Below are positions 19,181 through 26,910 of a DNA stretch of 64,000 nucleotides, one piece after another; the stretch's first letter is position 1, and each line of letters starts with the position of its first letter. The notes below the pieces were generated by a model, which was given only the letters and a program-made list of their open reading frames with translations, was not told the DNA's origin and searched no databases. The DNA comes from an uncultured virus (IMG/VR IMGVR_UViG_3300009509_000003) (Duplodnaviria; Heunggongvirae; Uroviricota; Caudoviricetes), in IMG/VR virus record IMGVR_UViG_3300009509_000003; one strand, given 5' to 3'. A program made the position numbers and the translations under genes.

Positions 19181-19226
19181 GGGTCGTTAGCTCAGTTGGG
19201 AGAGCGTCGGTAGCTCAGTTGGGAGA
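19181..19226 (+). pseudogene. Duplicated 5' fragment of tRNA-Ala(GGC)
   Basis: 19181-19210 is identical to 19707-19736, followed by an extra TAGCTCAGTTGGGAGA. Confidence 0.8.
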
Positions 19227-19245
19227 TTTGTGGCATAGTTCACCT

Positions 19246-19716
19246 ATGAAGGTTATCGCACGCTACGATACAGAGGGTGAAACGTACATTCGTGTGAAGC
19301 TGGAAGACGGAAGAGTCATTCGCGAGCACCGTCATGTTATGGAGGAGCATCTTGGACGGAAATTACAACCGGAAGAGGTAGTCCACCATCTTGACGAGAA
19401 CCCGAGGAACAACAAGATCGAGAATCTTGTACTACGCAGTCGGGCTCAGCACGTGAAGGACCACAAGAATCTGGCCGAGACGGTGGAGATGGTGTGCCCT
19501 ATTTGCGGTGAGCGGTTTGAACGGACCCTTCGGTACGTTCGATCCAAACAGCGGACAGGGCAGAAGAGTTTTCTGTGCGGGAGAAGTTGCCGACTCCCAA
19601 GAGGCTCGAAACCCACCCAACACGGAACGAGAAGTGGATACCTGAAAGGGTGCCGCTGCGATGAGTGCCGCAAAGCGAACACAGAGGCTCATAGAGCCTA
19701 TAGAAGGGGTCGTTAG
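19246..19716 (+). CDS. HNH endonuclease
   Basis: EHRHVME..VVHHLDENPRNNKIENL; C-terminal GCRCDEC. Confidence 0.85.
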   Translation: MKVIARYDTEGETYIRVKLEDGRVIREHRHVMEEHLGRKLQPEEVVHHLDENPRNNKIENLVLRSRAQHVKDHKNLAETVEMVCPICGERFERTLRYVRSKQRTGQKSFLCGRSCRLPRGSKPTQHGTRSGYLKGCRCDECRKANTEAHRAYRRGR

Positions 19717-19779
19717 CTCAGTTGGGAGAGCGTCGGCATGGCTAGCCGAAGGCCGCGAGTTCGACTCTCGCACGATCCA
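19707..19779 (+). tRNA. tRNA-Ala(GGC)
   Basis: tcggc atGGCta gccga; G3:U70. Confidence 0.9.
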
Positions 19780-19781
19780 CC

Positions 19782-19850
19782 GGCCGAATGCTTGACGGGA
19801 CTACATTTTTCGTTGGAGAAAAACTCACGTCTCGTCGATCCTTGTCGGCC
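19782..19850 (+). ncRNA. Y RNA-like 4 (minimal)
   Basis: GGCCGA-ATGC...GGGACTACAT...CTTG-TCGGCC. Confidence 0.7.
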
Positions 19851-19854
19851 ATTT

Positions 19855-19927
19855 GGGGCTATAGCTCAGTTGGGAGAGCGCTACACTCGCACTGTAGAGG
19901 CCGCCAGTTCGACTCTGGCTAGCTCCA
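19855..19927 (+). tRNA. tRNA-Ala(CGC)
   Basis: ctaca ctCGCac tgtag; G3:U70. Confidence 0.9.
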
Positions 19928-20074
19928 CTGCGACGAATGCTTGTGGGGAATACATCGTTACGTGCACCAAGCCGGGAAGCGGGTGACTCCGCAACCTAGC
20001 GCGTATAGCTCAATAAGAGCACCGGGAGAAACAATCCCGGAGGTACGACTCTCCGCGCCACCTTGTCGTCGCAG
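19928..20074 (+). ncRNA. Y RNA-like 5
   Basis: CTGCGACGA-ATGC...GGAATACAT...CTTG-TCGTCGCAG; internal D-arm TAGCTCAATAAGAGC. Confidence 0.75.
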
Positions 20075-20079
20075 TTTTC

Positions 20080-20237
20080 GATCTCGTCAGGAGGTTGGCC
20101 TAGAAGCAGCCATCCTTCAAAGAGTGGCGGTCTAGCAGTACAGACCTCTGAGCTATCCCATTGCGCAAGGGACGGCGATGAAGTCCCCATAACTGTGGAA
20201 TAGGGGGCCTTTGGCGTAATAGCACACTGACGAGATC
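20080..20237 (+). ncRNA. Second 23S rRNA L11-binding-domain mimic
   Basis: GATCTCGTCAG/CTGACGAGATC stem; GGAGGTTGGCCTAGAAGCAGCCATCCTTCAAAGAGT...GCGTAATAGCACAC. Confidence 0.75.
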
Positions 20238-20240
20238 ATC

Positions 20241-20306
20241 GAGGCGAATGCTGATGGGATTACATCGCGAGAGCGTTCCACAAGGTCTCATCGATATTGT
20301 CGCCTC
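20241..20306 (+). ncRNA. Y RNA-like 6 (minimal)
   Basis: GAGGCGA-ATGC...GGGATTACAT...TTG-TCGCCTC. Confidence 0.7.
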
Positions 20307-20311
20307 ACCTT

Positions 20312-20382
20312 GGGCGCGTCGTCAAACGGGAAGACGCTGGCCTTGCAAGCCAGAGATGGGGGTTCGATTCCCCCCGTGTCCA
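20312..20382 (+). tRNA. tRNA-Ala(TGC)
   Basis: ctggc ctTGCaa gccag. Confidence 0.9.
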
Positions 20383-20384
20383 CC

Positions 20385-20492
20385 GGATCGAATGCTTGTG
20401 GGACTACATTGAAAGTTCAACTCTTTCTCGGGCCACTATTACGGCCCGATAGCCTAACTGGTAAAGGCGGGTCTCGCTCCCCTTGTCGATCC
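20385..20492 (+). ncRNA. Y RNA-like 7 (classic YrlA layout)
   Basis: GGATCGA-ATGC stem; T-arm GAAAG-TTCAACT-CTTTC, closed acceptor TCGGGCC/GGCCCGA, D-arm. Confidence 0.85.
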
Positions 20493-20495
20493 TCT

Positions 20496-20569
20496 GCCCC
20501 GAAAGAATCAATGGCGATTCGCCTCCTTGGTATGGAGGAGATTGGCGGGTTCGATTCCCGCTCGGGGCT
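20496..20569 (+). tRNA. tRNA-Thr(GGT)
   Basis: cctcc ttGGTat ggagg. Confidence 0.85.
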
Positions 20570-20571
20570 CT

Positions 20572-20696
20572 AGACCGAATGCTTGGTGGGATTACATTGG
20601 TTCAAATCCTTTACCCGCCGCCACGGGCTCTTCGGAGCCCATCTTATGGCGGGTGCCCTACGGGGGCATTTTGATCTCGCCGCTCCTTGTCGGTCT
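20572..20696 (+). ncRNA. Y RNA-like 8
   Basis: AGACCGA-ATGC...GGGATTACAT-TGGTTCAAATCC...CTTG-TCGGTCT. Confidence 0.75.
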
Positions 20697-20698
20697 TT

Positions 20699-20769
20699 GC
20701 TGGTGTCGTTCAAAGGTAGGACCCGTGGCTTCCAACCACGCGATGCCCGTTCGATTCGGGTCACCAGCA
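20699..20769 (+). tRNA. tRNA-Gly(TCC)
   Basis: cgtgg ctTCCaa ccacg. Confidence 0.9.
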
Positions 20770-20771
20770 CC

Positions 20772-20920
20772 GCCCTGAATGCTAGGATGGGAGTACATCG
20801 GCATTCAACATTTAATTGAAAGATAGTTGGTTCAACTCCAACCCGCCCCGCCGCTCGAAAGAGCTACTCATTGGGGCGGAAGCCAAACGGTAAAACGCTC
20901 TCTCCGCTTCTTGTCAGGGC
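20772..20920 (+). ncRNA. Y RNA-like 9 (immediately upstream of Ro60)
   Basis: GCCCTGA-ATGC...CTTG-TCAGGGC; T-arm GTTGG-TTCAACT-CCAAC, closed acceptor. Confidence 0.8.
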
Positions 20921-20971
20921 ACTTTCCAGAGTTTGACAGCCATGCCGCACTGTTGGCGGAAGGAGGTAGCC

Positions 20972-22573
20972 ATGGCTAACAAAGGACTATTCCAAAGCAC
21001 GCGGGGCCGGACGGTCCCGAAGACGGACGCAGTAAACGCAGCTGGAGGAGTGGCTTACTCTCTCAGCTCCAAAGCAGCGCTGGCGCGATACGCGGCTACG
21101 GGCTGTCTCTCCAACACGTACTACGTGAAGGCGGAAGACCACCTGAAGCGCGTCATCGATCTCGCAAAGGAGTGCGACTCCGAGTTCATCGCGAAACTGG
21201 CGATCTTTGCCCGCAAAGAGGGCTACATGAAGGACATGCCCGCCGTGCTCATGGCGATCCTCGCATCGCGTGGAGACGACGGCGGAGCAGCTCTGAAAGC
21301 AGCCTTCCCGCAGGTCATCGATAACGGGCGCATGCTCCGGAACTTCGTTCAGGTCATGAGGTCCGGTCAGCTCGGACGGAAGTCAATGGGCACGGGCCCT
21401 CGTAACCTCGTTCGTGGGTTCTTCGAGCGAAACGCGCCTAACTGGCTGTTCAGGCAGCTTTCCGTCGGGCAGGAGCCGTCGGGCTCGGACATCATCAAGA
21501 TGGTCCACCCGAAACCAAAAACCCCAGAACACGACGCGCTGTTCGGCTACATGATCGGGAAGACCAAGCCCGTGAGCGAGAAGTGGGGGCACATCCCGCC
21601 GCTCGTCGATCAGTTCGAGGCGTGGAAGGCGGACAAGAGCCTGCCAGCTCCCCAAGTGGACTTCCGACTGCTCACCGCTCAGCCGCTTGACGGTAAGCAG
21701 TGGGCCTCGATCTTCCGCGCGGGGCAGTGGCACTTCATCCGGATGAACCTCAACACAGCCATCCGACATGGAGCGCTCAAGGCCGATCCTGGTTTGGAGC
21801 AGTTCATCGCAGACACGCTCCGAAACAAGGAGACGATCCAGAAGGCGCGGGTCATGCCGTACCAGCTCTTCGCGGCGTACAAGCACATCACCACGGACGT
21901 TCCTCGGGAGATCGTGGAAGCCCTCCACGATGCCGTCGAAATCTCCGTGGACAACGCGCCTGTCGCCGAAGGAAGGACCCTGGTCATCGTCGACGTGTCG
22001 GGCTCCATGAGTTCGCCAGTCACGGGAGGCGGAGGTCGTACCGCGACGAAGGTTCGGTGTGTGGATGTCGCGGCGCTCTTCTCGGCTGCCATCGTGCGGA
22101 AGAACAAGAGCGCAGCAGTGCTCCCGGTGGACACCTCGGTTCACCTGGACTACAGGCCGGAGCCGCGGAACTCGGTTCTCACGGAGGCCGAGCGTCTCGG
22201 GAAATACTGCGGCGGTGGAACGGCGCTCTCGGCAGCTTTCCGGCACGCCAACCAGCGTCGGCTGAAGGTCGATCACGTGGTCATCATCTCGGACCAGGAG
22301 TCCTGGGCCGATCGGCACTACTCCTTCTACGGTGGAGACGGTACTGCGATGATGCACGAGTGGGAGGAGCTGCGCAGTCGTAACCCGAAGGCGAAGCTCG
22401 TCTGCATCGACGTTCAACCCGGCGTGACACATCAGGCCTTGGAGGGTCGTTCCGAGATCCTCCACGTGTCCGGATGGAATGACTCGGTCTTCAAGGTAAC
22501 GGCGGCCTTCCTCGGTGGCGACACCGGGTCATGGCTTGATGTCATCGAGAACATCGACCTAGCTCTCAACTGA
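20972..22573 (+). CDS. rsr: Ro60/Rsr TROVE-domain RNA-binding protein with C-terminal VWA
   Basis: VNAAGGVAY, TGCLSNTYY, RMNLNT, VDVSGSMS MIDAS; AGGAGG RBS. Confidence 0.93.
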   Translation: MANKGLFQSTRGRTVPKTDAVNAAGGVAYSLSSKAALARYAATGCLSNTYYVKAEDHLKRVIDLAKECDSEFIAKLAIFARKEGYMKDMPAVLMAILASRGDDGGAALKAAFPQVIDNGRMLRNFVQVMRSGQLGRKSMGTGPRNLVRGFFERNAPNWLFRQLSVGQEPSGSDIIKMVHPKPKTPEHDALFGYMIGKTKPVSEKWGHIPPLVDQFEAWKADKSLPAPQVDFRLLTAQPLDGKQWASIFRAGQWHFIRMNLNTAIRHGALKADPGLEQFIADTLRNKETIQKARVMPYQLFAAYKHITTDVPREIVEALHDAVEISVDNAPVAEGRTLVIVDVSGSMSSPVTGGGGRTATKVRCVDVAALFSAAIVRKNKSAAVLPVDTSVHLDYRPEPRNSVLTEAERLGKYCGGGTALSAAFRHANQRRLKVDHVVIISDQESWADRHYSFYGGDGTAMMHEWEELRSRNPKAKLVCIDVQPGVTHQALEGRSEILHVSGWNDSVFKVTAAFLGGDTGSWLDVIENIDLALN

Positions 22574-22580
22574 AACATGG

Positions 22581-22643
22581 GGCCGAATGCTGACGGGTCT
22601 ACATTATCATTATATGTGCGACTCGTTGAATCACTTGTCGGCC
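22581..22643 (+). ncRNA. Y RNA-like 10 (minimal, downstream of Ro60)
   Basis: GGCCGA-ATGC...CTACAT...CTTG-TCGGCC. Confidence 0.7.
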
Positions 22644-22697
22644 TTTCAATCTTACCCCTCATGGGGTCTCTGTCGTCCCATCGCCAGGGGCCCCTTT

Positions 22698-22769
22698 GCC
22701 GGTGAAGCCAAAGTGGTGAGGCGTCACGTTGCCAACGTGAAGAAACGGGTTCGACTCCCGTCATCGGCT
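22698..22769 (+). tRNA. tRNA-Gly(GCC)
   Basis: tcacg ttGCCaa cgtga. Confidence 0.9.
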
Positions 22770-22771
22770 CC

Positions 22772-22905
22772 GGGCTGAATGCTTAGTGGGAATACATCGC
22801 ATTCCAAGCGCGTGGTTGTTGGTTCAAGTCCAGCTCTCCCTGTATGGGGAGATAGCTCAACTGGTAGAGCACGTAAACGTCTTCTCACGCCCTTCTTGTC
22901 AGCCC
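22772..22905 (+). ncRNA. Y RNA-like 11 (complete circularly permuted cloverleaf)
   Basis: GGGCTGA-ATGC...CTTG-TCAGCCC; anticodon-like loop, T-arm, TCTCCC/GGGAGA acceptor, D-arm GCTCAACTGGTAGAGC. Confidence 0.85.
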
Positions 22906-22908
22906 TCT

Positions 22909-22932
22909 GGCCCGGTAGCCAAATGGTAAGCG
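22909..22932 (+). pseudogene. 5' fragment of a tRNA-Cys-like gene upstream of an HNH gene
   Basis: GGCCCGGTAGCCAAATGGTAAG resembles GGCCCAGTCGCCAAGTGGCAAAG at 23464. Confidence 0.55.
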
Positions 22933-22978
22933 CCTTCGGGAGCTTGCCGCTTGGCTATCAGCGCTGTACCCTGGGAAG

Positions 22979-23509
22979 ATGATTTGCGAGAAGTGTGGAG
23001 AGACGTTCCCGATCAAGGTCACGATAGATGGCAAACGTAGGAACCTGAAGAGCCGGAAATACTGTCTGGAGTGCTCCCCCTTCGGGGCGAACAACAGGCT
23101 GAAGCTGAAGCACCCTCAGACCCCGGTCGAGGATCGCGTGTGCCTTACCTGCGGTGGGGCGGTCTACAGGAAACGGAACTACTGCAACACCTGTACGTCA
23201 AGACGACGGCGTGCCCGGCTCCGGGATCGTCTGTTCGAGCTAGCTGGTGATCGGTGCGTTGTGTGCGGGTACGGCGGGAAAGACAAGTGGTGCGCTCTCG
23301 ACTTCCACCACCGCGACCCCTCCACAAAGAAGTTTGAAGTGAACGTGACGATCTCCGCCTCGATTGCCTGGGAGAAGGTGGTCGAGGAAGTCGAGAAGTG
23401 CGCGGTCTTGTGCGCCCGGTGCCACCGTGAATACCACGGAGGGCTGATACCGGACGAGCTACTGGCCCAGTCGCCAAGTGGCAAAGGCGTCGGCCTGCAA
23501 AGCCGATAA
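22979..23509 (+). CDS. HNH endonuclease with zinc fingers
   Basis: CVVCGY..ALDFHHRDP..LCARCHREYH. Confidence 0.85.
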   Translation: MICEKCGETFPIKVTIDGKRRNLKSRKYCLECSPFGANNRLKLKHPQTPVEDRVCLTCGGAVYRKRNYCNTCTSRRRRARLRDRLFELAGDRCVVCGYGGKDKWCALDFHHRDPSTKKFEVNVTISASIAWEKVVEEVEKCAVLCARCHREYHGGLIPDELLAQSPSGKGVGLQSR

Positions 23510-23536
23510 TCGCGGGTTCGAGTCCCGCCTGGGTCT
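23464..23536 (+). tRNA. tRNA-Cys(GCA)
   Basis: tcggc ctGCAaa gccga; U73; overlaps the HNH stop. Confidence 0.9.
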
Positions 23537-23592
23537 CCGAAGCGGGCGCGTCGTTTCGCGCGATAGAATCTGATAACGAGGTCCGCTTCTCC

Positions 23593-23664
23593 GCCCCCAT
23601 CGTTCAATGGATAGGACATCGGCCTTCTAAGCCGAGTATCGAGGTTCGAGTCCTCGTGGGGGCG
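23593..23664 (+). tRNA. tRNA-Arg(TCT)
   Basis: tcggc ctTCTaa gccga. Confidence 0.9.
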
Positions 23665-23667
23665 CTT

Positions 23668-23742
23668 CTCCCCGTCGTTCAATGGATAGGACCTTGGTCT
23701 TCGGAACCAATGATAGGCGTTCGAGTCGTCTCGGGGAGGCCA
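23668..23742 (+). tRNA. tRNA-Arg(TCG)
   Basis: ttggt ctTCGga accaa; CCA. Confidence 0.9.
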
Positions 23743-23783
23743 TGAGCGACAAACTCTCTTGTTGCTCATACGTGAGTGACAAC

Positions 23784-23855
23784 GCGCTCGTCGTCCAAAG
23801 GAAAGGGCACGGCCCTGCGGAGGCCGGAATCAGGGTTCGAGTCCCTGCGAGCGCT
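23784..23855 (+). tRNA. tRNA-Arg(GCG)
   Basis: cggcc ctGCGga ggccg. Confidence 0.85.
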
Positions 23856-23856
23856 T

Positions 23857-23929
23857 TGCGGGGTAGAGCAGTGGTAGCTCACTTGGCTCATAACCAAGAA
23901 GTCGAGGCGTTCAAATCCCTCCCCCGCTT
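23857..23929 (+). tRNA. tRNA-Met(CAT), initiator-like
   Basis: cttgg ctCATaa ccaag; 1:72 mismatch and fMet-like 5' end. Confidence 0.75.
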
Positions 23930-23930
23930 C

Positions 23931-23999
23931 GGCAGCGACCTATGGAAGGACCGCGCCCTCATAAGGCGTCGGGCGAGGTTTCGAGCACCTCCGTTGCCA
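23931..23999 (+). tRNA. tRNA-Met(CAT)
   Basis: cgcc ctCATaa ggcg; short D-arm. Confidence 0.7.
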
Positions 24000-24055
24000 C
24001 CTGGCCAAGACGCCTCTTCGGTAAGAGTCAGAAGGATCGTCTGACCGCCACCTCA

Positions 24056-24133
24056 CGGGCACAGGGCTTGATGGTAAGCCGCCGCGTTCGGGACGCGGAG
24101 TTTGTCGGGGTTCGACTCCCCGGTGCCCGACCA
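24056..24133 (+). tRNA. tRNA-Pro(CGG)
   Basis: ccgcg ttCGGga cgcgg; CCA. Confidence 0.9.
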
Positions 24134-24251
24134 ACGCTATAGCGGGGATTGCCACCTCCGGGGTGTTTACTCTGCGGTGCAGGCTGTGAGGACCTATTCT
24201 GCGGTGCTAGCGCGGCACAATCGTGGTCTAGGAAAGTCAGCCCGATCCTAT

Positions 24252-24322
24252 GGGATATTCGTCCAACGGAAGGGCCTCGGTCTTACACGCCGATGATGGG
24301 GGTTCGATTCCCTCATATCCCA
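24252..24322 (+). tRNA. tRNA-Val(TAC)
   Basis: tcggt ctTACac gccga. Confidence 0.9.
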
Positions 24323-24323
24323 C

Positions 24324-24460
24324 TGCCACTGTACGCTAATCGGGGCCCTTCAGTGGGCCTGGCCGCCATATCGGATCGGTGCGGCGTCCCCGACACCCGG
24401 TACGGAGGAAAAACGAGCCCCCTGAAGGGAAGATTATGGGTTAGAACCCCATCAGTGGCA
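24324..24460 (+). ncRNA. tRNA-like RNA with a large insert replacing the anticodon loop
   Basis: TGCCACTG/CAGTGGCA acceptor, CCTTCAG/CTGAAGG stem, ATGGG-TTAGAAC-CCCAT T-like arm. Confidence 0.5.
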
Positions 24461-24464
24461 CGAT

Positions 24465-24538
24465 GCCAGCGTACCCCAATCGGAAGAGGGAGCCGGCTTA
24501 GACCCGGTACAGTGTCGGTTCGAGTCCGACCGTTGGCA
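24465..24538 (+). tRNA. tRNA-Leu(TAG), short variable loop
   Basis: gccgg ctTAGac ccggt. Confidence 0.85.
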
Positions 24539-24543
24539 CTCAA

Positions 24544-24618
24544 GGCGCAGTGGGCAAATTGGTAAAGTCGTCCGGCCCAGGACCGGAAGTTTTGAGGGTT
24601 CGAGTCCCTCCTGCGCTA
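24544..24618 (+). tRNA. tRNA-Leu(CAG), short variable loop
   Basis: tccgg ccCAGga ccgga. Confidence 0.8.
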
Positions 24619-24620
24619 TT

Positions 24621-24696
24621 GGCAACGTAGCCCAATCAAGGCAGAGGCGTGTGGTCGAGGGCCACGAGGTTAGGGGTTCGAGTCCCCTCGTTGCCA
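24621..24696 (+). tRNA. tRNA-Leu(GAG), short variable loop
   Basis: tgtgg tcGAGgg ccacg. Confidence 0.8.
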
Positions 24697-24700
24697 CCGT

Positions 24701-24772
24701 GCCCGTCTAGCCCAACGCAGAGGCAATCGGCCTAAACCCGATCCAGTGCGGGTTCAAATCCCGCGACGGGTA
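24701..24772 (+). tRNA. tRNA-Leu(TAA), short variable loop
   Basis: atcgg ccTAAac ccgat. Confidence 0.8.
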
Positions 24773-24777
24773 TTTGA

Positions 24778-24850
24778 GCCACCGTAGGCCAATGGAAGAG
24801 TCACCTGGTTCAAACCCAGGGTGTTGTCGGTTCGAGTCCGACCGGTGGTA
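24778..24850 (+). tRNA. tRNA-Leu(CAA), short variable loop
   Basis: cctgg ttCAAac ccagg. Confidence 0.85.
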
Positions 24851-24884
24851 TTGTGTTTCAATGGAAGTATGATAAATTCGAGGC

Positions 24885-25490
24885 ATGAGTAAAAAAATCG
24901 AACTTGTATGCCCTGTCTGCGGAAGTGTTTTCGCGAGATATCCTTCCCAGCTAAATACCATTGGAAAGATCCGGGTGTGCAGCCGAAAATGCAGAAATGT
25001 TCTTGGAAGAGAAGCGCGTAGAGAGAGCTATGCGAGATCGTTCGAGGATCGGTTCTGGAAAAGAGTGAAAAAGTCTTCTGGATGTTGGGAGTGGCAGGGA
25101 AGCACGACCAGCGCAGGGTATGGCAGTGTAGCTCACGGTGGACGGGACTACCAAACTCATCGTGTGGCTTACGAGCTGCACTTCAACACTAAAATTCCAG
25201 ATAATCTGTATGTATTACACGAGTGCGATAACAGACGGTGCGTGCGCCCCGATCACCTACGAGTCGGAACCCACATCGATAACATGGCGGATATGCGATC
25301 TAAAGGACGATCCTCGAAAAATCGTGGCGAGCGAAACGCTAACGCGCGGCTCAGCGACATTGAGGTTGAGCAGATACGAGATCTGTACGAATCGGGCGAT
25401 TACACTCAAACAGAGCTTGCCGAGAAATTTGGTGTCGGTCAGACCCATATCAGTAGGCTCGTAAACAGGAGGATGCGATGCGAACCCTAG
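24885..25490 (+). CDS. HNH endonuclease with C-terminal HTH
   Basis: CWEWQG..HRVAYEL..VLHECDNRRCVRPDHL..NMADM; TQTELAEKFGV. Confidence 0.9.
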   Translation: MSKKIELVCPVCGSVFARYPSQLNTIGKIRVCSRKCRNVLGREARRESYARSFEDRFWKRVKKSSGCWEWQGSTTSAGYGSVAHGGRDYQTHRVAYELHFNTKIPDNLYVLHECDNRRCVRPDHLRVGTHIDNMADMRSKGRSSKNRGERNANARLSDIEVEQIRDLYESGDYTQTELAEKFGVGQTHISRLVNRRMRCEP

Positions 25491-26035
25491 TCTTAGACAT
25501 GGGGTATCAGCCCCATCGCATTGTGACCTGGCAGCGAGCCATCACAATGCTTTTCCAGAATAAATGCGAGATCATCGAGGAGTACGACGAGCCTCTGATG
25601 ACAGCCGATCAGGTCGAAAGGGCCAAGGCCTCTGGCTGGACGATCATCTTCGAGAAGATGCCCGCCGTAGTCAGGTTGCTGACCAAGGTCCAGCGCAAGA
25701 AGGCGGTTCGGTTCTCTCGGATGAATGTTCTTACCCGAGACAACTGGACCTGCCAGTACTGCGGCGTGAAGCTGACGACGCGAAAGCTGAACTACGACCA
25801 CGTAGTTCCCCGGTCGATGGGCGGCAAGACGGTGTGGGAGAACATCGTCACCTCTTGCTACGCCTGCAACGACAAGAAACGCGACCGGACGCCACAGCAA
25901 GCAGGGATGCGACTTCGGAAGCAACCCTACAAGCCGAACTCGCTTCCGGTGGTAGCTTTCCACCTCGAACCAGGGGACTCGTTGCCGGACGTGTGGCGCA
26001 GTTTTCTGTACTGGAACACCGAATTAGAAGAATAA
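25478..26035 (+). CDS. HNH endonuclease (McrA/HNH_5-like)
   Basis: RDNWTCQYCG..DHVVPRSMGG..WENIVTSCYACNDKK. Confidence 0.9.
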   Translation: MRTLVLDMGYQPHRIVTWQRAITMLFQNKCEIIEEYDEPLMTADQVERAKASGWTIIFEKMPAVVRLLTKVQRKKAVRFSRMNVLTRDNWTCQYCGVKLTTRKLNYDHVVPRSMGGKTVWENIVTSCYACNDKKRDRTPQQAGMRLRKQPYKPNSLPVVAFHLEPGDSLPDVWRSFLYWNTELEE

Positions 26036-26072
26036 GGTTCCCTTTCAAGAACTTCCTAGCTATACTGGATTT

Positions 26073-26735
26073 ATGAACCTCGTCGGTGAGAAATTCGGAA
26101 GCTGGGAAGTTCTTGAGAAAGGGCCCTCTGATAAATATTGGAACAGACGCTGGTTATGCCGGTGTCGGTGCGGGAAGCAGCAGCATGTTCTTCAAAATTC
26201 CTTAGTGTATGGTCATTCGCTAAGTTGCTGCTCGTGCGCAAACAAAAAGACGGCGAAAGAGCGCGGAAAAGCGAATACCACTCACGGGCGATCCTCTGAG
26301 CAAGTCTACAAGGTGTGGACGCAAATGATTCAACGGTGCACCAACCCGAACGACACTGCCTACCCGGAGTATGGTGGGCGCGGAATAACAGTCCATGAAG
26401 ACTGGATCGGTCGTGGAGGATTCGAGCGGTTCATCGAGCACATTGGAAAACGCCCTTCTGATCAGCACACAGTTGATCGCATCGACAACAACGGTAACTA
26501 TGAGCCCGGAAACGTTAGGTGGGCGACATCCTCTGAGCAGGCTCGAAACACACGGAGGAGCCGAGTGATAGAGTTTGACGGAGAGCGACTCACACTAGCA
26601 GAGTGGGCAGAGAGAACTGGCATGAAGCGAGAAACTATTGCGCGTCGGCTCAACTTAGCGTGGTCATCGGAAAGGGCTCTCACCGAACCCGTACACCGAT
26701 CCATCTACTGGCACGGTGAGCTAGAGCATGATTGA
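26073..26735 (+). CDS. Phage HNH-type endonuclease
   Basis: MIQRCTNP..YGGRGITV..DRIDNNGNYEPGNVRWAT; paralog of 55188-55844. Confidence 0.85.
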   Translation: MNLVGEKFGSWEVLEKGPSDKYWNRRWLCRCRCGKQQHVLQNSLVYGHSLSCCSCANKKTAKERGKANTTHGRSSEQVYKVWTQMIQRCTNPNDTAYPEYGGRGITVHEDWIGRGGFERFIEHIGKRPSDQHTVDRIDNNGNYEPGNVRWATSSEQARNTRRSRVIEFDGERLTLAEWAERTGMKRETIARRLNLAWSSERALTEPVHRSIYWHGELEHD

Positions 26736-26898
26736 TTCCGCTCACTATCGCTGCTGCAAATGCGGCCACGAGTGGGAGCAGCCGCCGGCTCAGGTTACTT
26801 GCCCCAAATGCAGCCACGAATACGTCAAGTGGGTCAACTACGAGGCGTGGCGTGAGCGCAATCCGCTAGAAGAGGAGGTCCCCATGGTGACCAAATGA
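26728..26898 (+). CDS. Small zinc-ribbon protein
   Basis: Hand translation YRCCKCGHEW..TCPKCSH; overlaps the upstream gene end. Confidence 0.6.
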   Translation: MIDSAHYRCCKCGHEWEQPPAQVTCPKCSHEYVKWVNYEAWRERNPLEEEVPMVTK

Positions 26899-26910
26899 AA
26901 GGAGGTCTTC

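Noticed and set aside
18144..20237. Genuine 23S rRNA gene
   Set aside because: Only the ~60-nt H43-H44 motif is recognisable; it is split by unrelated inserts and flanked by tRNAs.
21383..22465. 360-aa minus-strand ORF
   Set aside because: Antisense shadow of the Ro60 gene in GC-rich DNA.
24140..24460. tmRNA
   Set aside because: It is too short and lacks the GGGGC acceptor with G3:U70 and a tag reading frame.
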